NCBI GenBank assembly: GCA_031548435.1
Contig: JAVBRA010000007.1
Coordinates: 67,955-131,954, forward strand
Direction of reading: 5' to 3'
Length of the DNA: 64,000 nt
From: Rikenellaceae bacterium
GTDB lineage: Bacteria > Bacteroidota > Bacteroidia > Bacteroidales > Rikenellaceae
Shown here: positions 1 to 6,853 of the stretch, piece after piece
Layout: the number at the start of each line of letters is the position of its first letter
Numbering within the stretch: position 1 is the first letter of the stretch
Program-made: the position numbers and the translations under genes
The notes under the pieces: model-generated
The model's database searches: none
What the model was told of the DNA's origin: nothing
The model's input: only the letters and a program-made list of their open reading frames with translations

Positions 1-21
1 AAAATCCATCGTTTTTGATTA

Positions 22-723
22 TTATAATACCCCATTCGCCTTGAAACTGTAACATTCGCCGTCGGTGATGATCACATGATCCGACAGCCGGATGTCGAAA
101 AACTGAGCGGCCTCTTTCAACCGGGCCGTGAGCGCCACATCCTCGGTGCTCGGCAGCGAGTTGCCCGAGGGGTGGTTGTGTACCAGTATCAGCGACGAGG
201 CCAGCCGGTCGAGCGCCCCGCGGATGATGATCTTGTTGTCAACCGTCACGCCCGCCGTGCCCCCCTGCCCCACCCGCACGCTCTCGACAATGCGGTTCGA
301 GTTGTTGAGATACACGACCCAGAACTCCTCGTGGTCGAGCATCCCCAACTGAGGCACGAACATATCGGTGATGTCTTTGCTGCTGGCAATGCGGTCGGCG
401 ATGACCATCTGCTGCATCTGCCGGCGGCGGCCCAACTCCAGCGAGGCGGCCAGCACACAGGCCCGCGCCAGCCCCAACCCGTTGAACCGCCGCAAGTACG
501 ATATGTCGCGTCGGGCCAAGGCGATCAGGCTGTTGCGGTTGTCAGCCAACAGCAATGCCGCCGCACCCAAGGCCGACGTCCCGCCCTTGCCGTCGAGCAC
601 AATGATGCTCAGCAACTCCTGGTCGGTAAGCGCCTCGGCCCCGCGCGACATCAACTTGTGCCGCACGATGTCGTCGGCCGAAAGCTCTTCCGGCGAACCG
701 GGCGATTTGATCCCTGACTTCAA
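22..723 (-). CDS. radC: RadC-family JAB/MPN domain protein
   Basis: 233-aa ORF. C-terminal 'SSLILVHNHPSGNSLPSTEDV' carries the H-x-H-P-S-G JAMM-like motif. N-terminal 'LTDQELLSIIV' is a helix-hairpin-helix-like segment typical of RadC/UPF0758. Confidence 0.85.
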   Translation of the reverse strand: MKSGIKSPGSPEELSADDIVRHKLMSRGAEALTDQELLSIIVLDGKGGTSALGAAALLLADNRNSLIALARRDISYLRRFNGLGLARACVLAASLELGRRRQMQQMVIADRIASSKDITDMFVPQLGMLDHEEFWVVYLNNSNRIVESVRVGQGGTAGVTVDNKIIIRGALDRLASSLILVHNHPSGNSLPSTEDVALTARLKEAAQFFDIRLSDHVIITDGECYSFKANGVL

Positions 724-930
724 CTGAAATACTCCTTAAAATTTTCCGCTAATTTAATGATTTTTAGCTCACCGGGTAATTCCGACAGAAATTGCCCTGT
801 TTTTCCGGGAGAAATAGTCTGAAACGTCCGCAATATACTTTTAGATGTTACAGATAACGATGGATCGGCACTATATCTCAACTCTTTTGGAGATAACGAT
901 TTAATACGTATCTTTGTCCCATTGGTTTTT

Positions 931-1005
931 CGGGGTGTAGCGCAGTCCGGTTAGCGCACCTGCTTTGGGAGCAGGGGGTCGTGGGTTCGAATCCCGCTAC
1001 CCCGA
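931..1005 (+). tRNA. tRNA-Pro (anticodon TGG)
   Basis: 75-nt cloverleaf read by eye. Acceptor CGGGGTG pairs with TACCCCG (one G-U). Anticodon stem CCTGC/GCAGG has loop TTTGGGA. T-loop is GGTTCGAATCC and the discriminator is A. Confidence 0.9.
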
Positions 1006-1006
1006 C
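961..1006 (+). repeat. attL: 46-bp direct repeat (3' half of tRNA-Pro, from the anticodon loop to the end)
   Basis: Identical 46-mer 'tgctttgggagcagggggtcgtgggttcgaatcccgctaccccgac' recurs at 16908-16953. Flanking bases differ on both sides. Confidence 0.9.
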
Positions 1007-1017
1007 GAATGAAAATC

Positions 1018-1056
1018 AAGAAGTTGCGATATTAGTCGCAACTTCTTTTATTTTTT
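1018..1056 (+). terminator. Rho-independent terminator after tRNA-Pro (supplied by the island)
   Basis: Stem aagaagttgcga / tcgcaacttctt with loop tattag, followed by a T-rich run. Confidence 0.7.
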
Positions 1057-1057
1057 G

Positions 1058-1077
1058 TTTGCACACGATTTGCACAC
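1058..1077 (+). promoter_or_regulatory. Two direct TTTGCACAC copies 11 bp apart (candidate integrase arm-type sites, left end)
   Basis: tttgcacac at 1058-1066 and 1069-1077. The same 9-mer pair occurs at 16761-16782 near the other island end. Confidence 0.45.
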
Positions 1078-1290
1078 AACTCGGGCGATCGTCTGCTTTT
1101 TTATCTTTACGTATGCCCGCCATATTGTCCAAACAGATTGAGACGCAGGGGGGCAAAATAAGGATCTTTTTTTCTGACTAAACAGCGCTCCTTACCAATA
1201 TACATGAATCATTGATTGCAGATCGATTCTCGCGTGCTACAATACGACTGACACCGCATTGGCTTTTTCATCACTTTGAATCCCATTATC

Positions 1291-1674
1291 TCAATTTTTC
1301 TTCCATGTAAACAGCATATCGAGAAGTCGGATTTTCCCGGTGTGTATTTTTCCGCGAATATGCTTCTCCAATGAGGATTCCGTGATCGACAATTCCATCA
1401 ACCCAGCCTCTTTGTCGAACGATACGACACCGAAGTCCACATCCTTATCCTCGATACGAACGACAATCTTCTCTCCCGGATGCAACTCAAAACCACTGGT
1501 CACCCCAACAGTCCCCGCATACGACACCGAATCCATGCGGATAAGGTCTATTTCGACAACCCGGTCTGTTTTTATCGAATGCATCATAAAATAGATGCCG
1601 GCAAGCAATACCACCAGCATAATCGATATGCCGTATTTTACGACAAATGTTGTTTTATGTACCCTCAGTCCCAT
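1291..1674 (-). CDS. Small membrane-anchored protein, possibly a short HlyD-like accessory of the ABC exporter
   Basis: 127 aa with an N-terminal hydrophobic helix 'ISIMLVVLLAGIYFMM'. Its start shares base 1674 with the stop of the upstream ABC gene (coupled). Beta-rich segment 'GTVGVTSGFELHPGEKIVVRIED'. Confidence 0.4.
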   Translation of the reverse strand: MGLRVHKTTFVVKYGISIMLVVLLAGIYFMMHSIKTDRVVEIDLIRMDSVSYAGTVGVTSGFELHPGEKIVVRIEDKDVDFGVVSFDKEAGLMELSITESSLEKHIRGKIHTGKIRLLDMLFTWKKN

Positions 1675-3869
1675 CAGTCGGCCAGTTCCAGTTGGTTCTT
1701 AATCAGATTCAAATACACGCCGTTTTTCTGAATAAGCTCGGAGTGGATACCTGTTTCCTGTATCATTCCGTCTTTAAGCACGACGATCTGATCGGCGCTT
1801 TTCACCGTACTCAGTCGATGGGCGATCACCACAACGGTTTTTCCGACGAAGAAATCGTCGAGGTTCTCGACAATGATGCGTTCGTTTTCGGCATCGAGCG
1901 AGCTGGTCGCCTCATCGAAAAACAGATAATCGGGGTTTTTATACACCGCGCGGGCGATCATGATACGTTGGCGCTCTCCGCCGCTGATACCCGTGCCGGC
2001 CGATCCGATCTTTGTGTCGAGCCTCAGAGGCTTCTCGTCGATGAACTTGCTCAAGTTTGCAATCCGGATAGCGTCGGCCAACCGCTTTTCGTCGGCTTCT
2101 TTATCGCCCAAAATAATATTACGCCGAATGGTGTCGGCAAAGATATAGTTGTCTTGCATCACGACGCCACATACGCCACGCCATTGGTCGGCCGAATATT
2201 CGTCGAACAAGGTGTCGCCTATGAAGATTTTTCCTTGAGTCAAGGGGTAGAATTTCAACAACAGTTTTACAAGAGTGGTTTTGCCACTGCCGCTCTCACC
2301 CACGATAGCCGTTGTTTTGCCGCGTGGAATGACCAGATCGATGTCTTTTAAAACCAATTTGGAATAAGGCCCTTCGTAACGAAAACTAAGGCCGTCCAGA
2401 ACAATCTTATCGCAATGCCTTGGAATGGGTTTGTAAGACTCCCGGTTGTCCTCATCTTCCTGAATATACACCTCGCCTGAACGTTCCATGCTGATTTTCG
2501 AATCCTGAACACTCTGCACAAACCCGATCAGTTGCGACAGGGGCGAACTCATCTGCCCGATGATGTACGATATGCTCATCATCATTCCCAGGGTGATGCT
2601 TCCTTTCACTACGGCAATGGCGATCAGGAGCGTGACGATGATATCCCTCGATCGGTTGATGAGGGTATAGCCGGCAGATTGCACCTGTCCCAGTTTCATC
2701 GACCTGATGCGGATCTCGTAAAGCCGCTGCTGGATATCTTCCCATTCGTTGCGTTTGTATTCCTGAAAATTGTTGAGCTTGATCTCCGACATTCCGCTGA
2801 TCATTTCCAATTTGGCCGTTTGATTCTCAGACCCTATGCGGAACAGTTTATAATCGATCACCTTTCTTTTCTTCAGAAACGCGACCAGCCACACAATGCT
2901 GACGCCCGAGAAGATGAGGTAAAGGAGAAGAATCCGCAAGTCGTACAAGGCGATGATTACAAAATAAACAATGAACGACACGAACGAGAAAAGAGTGGCA
3001 AGCGTCTCCGAAGTGGCGAACGACTCCAGCCGGTAGTGGTCGGAGATGCGGTTGTTGAAATCGCCGGCCGATTTGGTCTCGAAGAACTTGATCGGCAGCC
3101 GCATCACCTTGTAGAGGAAGTCGGAAACCAGGCTAATATTGATGCCCGTCCCCATATAAAGCACCACCCAATTGCGGATGATGCCTATGACGTAGCTACC
3201 GACGAAAAGGGCCAACTGGGCCAGCATGATCGTTACGATCATGTTCAGATTCCGGTCGCCGATCCCCCGGTCGATAAGCGCCTGGGTGAGAAAGGGTGTG
3301 ATCAGCGACACCACAAGTCCCGCCACCATCGCCAGCGACAACTGGAACAATTCGTTTTTATAGGGTCTCAGATAGTTCAGCAGGAACTTCTTGATGTTAT
3401 GCTCGTCCTTGGGCGGTTCCAATTCGAAGAACTGCTCTGTAGGCTCGCAAGCAATCGCAACGCCTTTCTCGCCGCTCAGCCATCCGGCGGCAAAATCATC
3501 TTCGCCGAACCGGTTCTTTCCATAGGCCGGGTCGGCGATATAATAGCGGGATTTACCCCGCGAATTGGTTTGTATCTTATAAAGAACGACGAAGTGATTC
3601 TGATCCCAGTGGATGATGGCCGGCAGCGGGCATTTGTTTTTGAGTTCGTCGAGCGACATTTTGAATGTCCTGGCATTCACACCAATAACCCCAAGACCCT
3701 CAGTAATGCCCGCCACCGACACCCCCTCGCGGCTCAGATATGAAAGATTGCGCAGGTAGATCAACGGATAGGATTTGCCATGGTAATGCGCCACCATGCG
3801 CACGCACGCCGGGCCGCAATCCATCGAATCGAACTGCCGGAATACCTTTAGTCTCCTTTTCTTATCCAT
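1674..3869 (-). CDS. Peptidase C39 domain-containing ABC transporter (double-glycine leader processing and export)
   Basis: 731 aa. The N-terminal papain-like motifs are 'FDSMDCGPACVRM' (Cys) and 'WDQNHFVVL' (His). Six-TM core. Walker A 'GESGSGKTTL', signature 'ISGGERQRIMIARA', Walker B 'LFFDEATSSLD'. Confidence 0.9.
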   Translation of the reverse strand: MDKKRRLKVFRQFDSMDCGPACVRMVAHYHGKSYPLIYLRNLSYLSREGVSVAGITEGLGVIGVNARTFKMSLDELKNKCPLPAIIHWDQNHFVVLYKIQTNSRGKSRYYIADPAYGKNRFGEDDFAAGWLSGEKGVAIACEPTEQFFELEPPKDEHNIKKFLLNYLRPYKNELFQLSLAMVAGLVVSLITPFLTQALIDRGIGDRNLNMIVTIMLAQLALFVGSYVIGIIRNWVVLYMGTGINISLVSDFLYKVMRLPIKFFETKSAGDFNNRISDHYRLESFATSETLATLFSFVSFIVYFVIIALYDLRILLLYLIFSGVSIVWLVAFLKKRKVIDYKLFRIGSENQTAKLEMISGMSEIKLNNFQEYKRNEWEDIQQRLYEIRIRSMKLGQVQSAGYTLINRSRDIIVTLLIAIAVVKGSITLGMMMSISYIIGQMSSPLSQLIGFVQSVQDSKISMERSGEVYIQEDEDNRESYKPIPRHCDKIVLDGLSFRYEGPYSKLVLKDIDLVIPRGKTTAIVGESGSGKTTLVKLLLKFYPLTQGKIFIGDTLFDEYSADQWRGVCGVVMQDNYIFADTIRRNIILGDKEADEKRLADAIRIANLSKFIDEKPLRLDTKIGSAGTGISGGERQRIMIARAVYKNPDYLFFDEATSSLDAENERIIVENLDDFFVGKTVVVIAHRLSTVKSADQIVVLKDGMIQETGIHSELIQKNGVYLNLIKNQLELAD

Positions 3870-5176
3870 TTATTTTTTTCTGCATCGGCTTTGTTGGTCA
3901 TAATGGAAACCCGATCGACCATCGCCTCGTATTTATCTTCTTCTGTCATTCCCAGAGGACATACATTTTCCTCGAAAGCTTCCAACTGGTGTTGGGTGCA
4001 TCCTCCTTTGCACAATGGAAGAATTTTGCATTTCAAACAACTGTCGTTTATGAATTTGCATTCCATTCGATCGTCATACCGTTCATTAAACGAAATTGTT
4101 CCGTCGGTATTTAAAACACCCTCCCGTATTTCCTTTACGAAATCACGGGCAGTACATTTGAATACGTTTCCATCATAATTAATTATGTGGCCGTTGGGCG
4201 TATCTGCATAACAAACAGAATCGGAGAATTCGTTGATCAGCGACATATTCTTTATTCCGCATTCCGCAACACGCTCCCCCATTTTCCCGACCAATTTCTT
4301 CATTCCTTCCGAGTCTTCTGCCTGCCATATTTTTTTGAACATGAAAGATAAATTATCCTTCCATTTCTCGTCGACATCCGAGAATTCATCGATCAAATCC
4401 TCGAACCCCTCTGCCGTATCTTCCGAATAATTGCATCGCACTAATATAGTCATTCCTTTCGACAGTGCGTATTTTATGTTTTCAATGGAGATGTCATAGG
4501 CAGATTTATCGTTCCCGGGCAACCGTTTTATCTTATTATGCTTCTCCCTGTTTCCGTCGAAAGGGACCTGAAAAAAGACCTTCTTTCCCAAAGTTGCCAG
4601 CCGGTCGATCTTTTTCTTGTCCAACAATGTAGCGTTGGTGGTGAACATGATCGGCAAATTACACCCGGTTTGATCGCATACTTTAACCGCATATTCAATA
4701 ATAGGCAGGATAGAAGTATCAAATCTCATGAGCGGTTCTCCTCCGAAGAAAGACAACTGTAAGGTCTTATACTCGCTTCCTTTTTGCTCGATCAGCAATT
4801 CAATCGACTTTCGGACTTCCTCCGTCATGATGCTGTCACTAACATGGGACTCGTAACAATACCAGCATTTGAGATTGCAATCCATTGTCGGGTTGATAAC
4901 CAGATTATAAAAATTTTTGGAATTATTTGCCATCTGGATGGAATCCATAACCCCCTGTTGTTCTTCTCCTATTGAACCCACTACAAATTTCTTCCCAACG
5001 AGATAGGCATAAAATTCCGGATGAATGTTCTGAAGGTCGTCCAGATGATCGATATGTTCGTCGACCAATTGCCTGAGTTCTGGAACAATGGCCATGATTT
5101 CCGCCGTTCTGCAGTTGAAAATAACGTGCCGCCCGTCGAGGTTGTCTATCGCAAAGTTATAATGACTCCATTTCAT
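3848..5176 (-). CDS. Radical SAM / SPASM-type peptide-modifying enzyme
   Basis: 442 aa. 'MDCNLKCWYCYE' is the CX3CX2C cluster motif. A 'FFGGEPL' segment follows. C-terminal Cys-rich block 'CKFINDSCLKCKILPLCKGGCTQH' plus upstream 'CYAD...CTARD' is consistent with auxiliary clusters. There is a ~95-aa N-terminal extension. Confidence 0.85.
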   Translation of the reverse strand: MKWSHYNFAIDNLDGRHVIFNCRTAEIMAIVPELRQLVDEHIDHLDDLQNIHPEFYAYLVGKKFVVGSIGEEQQGVMDSIQMANNSKNFYNLVINPTMDCNLKCWYCYESHVSDSIMTEEVRKSIELLIEQKGSEYKTLQLSFFGGEPLMRFDTSILPIIEYAVKVCDQTGCNLPIMFTTNATLLDKKKIDRLATLGKKVFFQVPFDGNREKHNKIKRLPGNDKSAYDISIENIKYALSKGMTILVRCNYSEDTAEGFEDLIDEFSDVDEKWKDNLSFMFKKIWQAEDSEGMKKLVGKMGERVAECGIKNMSLINEFSDSVCYADTPNGHIINYDGNVFKCTARDFVKEIREGVLNTDGTISFNERYDDRMECKFINDSCLKCKILPLCKGGCTQHQLEAFEENVCPLGMTEEDKYEAMVDRVSIMTNKADAEKNKWIRKGD

Positions 5177-5271
5177 AAAATTGTGGGATTAGTTGTTTCC
5201 GAGAATGAGGCACTCTGTTTTAATAGAGATCCGACAGAGTGCCTCATGATTTGCGTCACATTGTTAATTTA

Positions 5272-5568
5272 CTACTCAGGTTCGGATGTTCCAGTGGGCG
5301 TAGGAGTCGGCGTGGGAGCGGCAGTAGTTTCGCCACAATGGGTTGTGCACTGACTTTTTTTGCACTTCGTGCCTCCATTGAGATTAACGGGACAGTTGGT
5401 ATTACAAGTGACAAGGCAAATACCGTAATTGGCGTTTTCCGCCTCTGCCGCAGCCATTAGAGGTTCGAACGATGAGACCTCTCCAAAACCACCTTTTAAG
5501 AGATGTTCTTCGTTTTTTGTCAAAGGAGTCAGGGCCACCTCCAGATCCATTAATTTCTTTTGTTCCAT
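5272..5568 (-). CDS. Precursor peptide A (double-glycine leader; 6-Cys core; Thr/Pro-rich tail)
   Basis: 98 aa. The leader 'MEQKKLMDLEVALTPLTKNEEHLLKGG' fits the LxxxExLxxGG type. Core Cys spacing is C-x3-C-x3-C-x9-C-x4-C-x3-C. The tail is 'ETTAAPTPTPTPTGTSEPE'. A paralogous leader is at 6544-6810. Confidence 0.8.
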   Translation of the reverse strand: MEQKKLMDLEVALTPLTKNEEHLLKGGFGEVSSFEPLMAAAEAENANYGICLVTCNTNCPVNLNGGTKCKKSQCTTHCGETTAAPTPTPTPTGTSEPE

Positions 5569-5667
5569 AGCATTAGAATTAGCTTTTCTCTACTCATTTC
5601 AGGGCTTTTCGAGATACTCCCATAATTTCTGCAACCGGTTTGTTTCTTCATTCGGATCGGAACTTTA

Positions 5668-6544
5668 GAGGTTGTTTTAAAATTTAGTTAGGTAATCGCT
5701 TGATCATCAATTTAATCATCGCGAGGTATATCATGTTTTCTTCGTATTTTGTTTCGAACTCATATTCCCGGCTCAATCTTCGGTACGACTCCCACCAGGC
5801 AAATGTCCGTTCCACCACCCACCGCTTGGGCAAGGGTTTGAATTTATTGGATTTATCCTTGCGAAGCGTAATCTTCAGCGTGCACTTTAACTCCTTCTTT
5901 ACAACGTCCTTTAACTCACCGCTATAGCCACCGTCTGCATAAATCTTTTTCATCCGCCCGAACTCCGGTTTCAACTGTCCCATCACATCTATCGCCGCCT
6001 TGCTGTCGTGCCGATTGGCCGGATGAACTTTCACCGCCAACATCAACCCTTGGGCATCAGTGATGATATGCCGTTTGCGGCCTTTCACACGTTTACCACC
6101 GTCGATACCGCGCTCCTTACCGCGATATGTGCCATGAACACTTTGAGAGTCAATAATTCCCACACTCGGCGAAGTCTCCTTTCCTGCGCGGCGGCGAAGC
6201 AAGCCTCGCAAATAATCGTGTACCTTTTTGAAAGTCCCGGCAAGGCTCCATTTGCGGAAGTAGTAGTAAACAGATTGCCATGCCGGAAAATCTCCGGGCA
6301 ACTGATGCCACTGACAGCCGGTCTTTAACAGGTAGAAGATCGCATCAAATATCTCTTTCAATGAACGTCGGCGCTTGCGTTTGTCGCCAATTATGCCTAA
6401 TATTGTCGCGTATTGGTTATCGGTCAGATTGCTCGGATATTGTTTTTTCATTCTTTATGTGGTTGAGAACTATAAAGATACGAAAAATATCCGACAATCT
6501 ACTGATAATCAATTATTTATATCTGTAAATTTCAAAACAACCTC
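5668..6544 (-). mobile_element. IS5-family insertion sequence (~0.88 kb)
   Basis: 19-bp terminal inverted repeats match 18/19: 5668-5686 gaggttgttttaaaattta versus the reverse complement of 6526-6544. Flanking TA dinucleotides (5666-5667 and 6545-6546) are the likely target duplication. There is a single DDE transposase ORF. Confidence 0.8.
5684..6451 (-). CDS. IS5/IS4-superfamily DDE transposase
   Basis: 255 aa. N-terminal 'LTDNQYATILGII...IFDAIFYLLKTGCQWHQLP' is a DUF4096-like HTH typical of IS5-family transposases. C-terminal 'YADGGYSG' and 'VVERTFAWWESYRRL' follow. The stop codon lies inside the left inverted repeat. Confidence 0.85.
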   Translation of the reverse strand: MKKQYPSNLTDNQYATILGIIGDKRKRRRSLKEIFDAIFYLLKTGCQWHQLPGDFPAWQSVYYYFRKWSLAGTFKKVHDYLRGLLRRRAGKETSPSVGIIDSQSVHGTYRGKERGIDGGKRVKGRKRHIITDAQGLMLAVKVHPANRHDSKAAIDVMGQLKPEFGRMKKIYADGGYSGELKDVVKKELKCTLKITLRKDKSNKFKPLPKRWVVERTFAWWESYRRLSREYEFETKYEENMIYLAMIKLMIKRLPN

Positions 6545-6810
6545 TAAGATTTCTCTGTCGACGAGTTGCTACTCCCAGATCCGTTGGATTTACATCTTCT
6601 TTTTTTCTTTTTCGTATCTTCCGTTCCGGCTCCATTGCGACAAGTGCGGAAGCAAATCAGCGCATTGGTGTTGGTCTTAGTCTCTCTTTTTGCCGTTGCA
6701 GCGGGTTGAAATGAAGCGACTTCACCAAACCCTCCCTTCAACAGACGTTCTTCGTTTTTTGCCATAGGCATCAGGTTCACCTCCAGATCCATTAATTTTT
6801 TTGGTTTCAT
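6544..6810 (-). CDS. Precursor peptide B (double-glycine leader; 3-Cys basic core; Ser-rich tail)
   Basis: 88 aa. The leader 'MKPKKLMDLEVNLMPMAKNEERLLKGGFGEVASFQP' is near-identical to precursor A through about residue 36. The core is 'ALICFRTCRNGAGTEDTKKKKRRC' and the tail is 'KSNGSGSSNSSTEKS'. Confidence 0.75.
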   Translation of the reverse strand: MKPKKLMDLEVNLMPMAKNEERLLKGGFGEVASFQPAATAKRETKTNTNALICFRTCRNGAGTEDTKKKKRRCKSNGSGSSNSSTEKS

Positions 6811-6853
6811 AATCTAAAGTTTAATTGTTTAGTTACTTGTACAACTCCGATAT

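Noticed and set aside
1291-1674. Calling this ORF a bona fide HlyD-family membrane fusion protein.
   Set aside because: At 127 aa it is far shorter than HlyD adaptors and lacks the coiled-coil hairpin. Only the anchor and one barrel-like segment are visible, so it is kept as a tentative accessory protein.
5283-5330. Short GC-rich periodic DNA (ggcgtaggagtcggcgtgggagcgg) that might be a tandem repeat or CRISPR-like unit.
   Set aside because: It is simply the coding sequence of the TPTPTPTPT tail of precursor A. There is no spacer/repeat architecture anywhere in the window, and no CRISPR array was seen.
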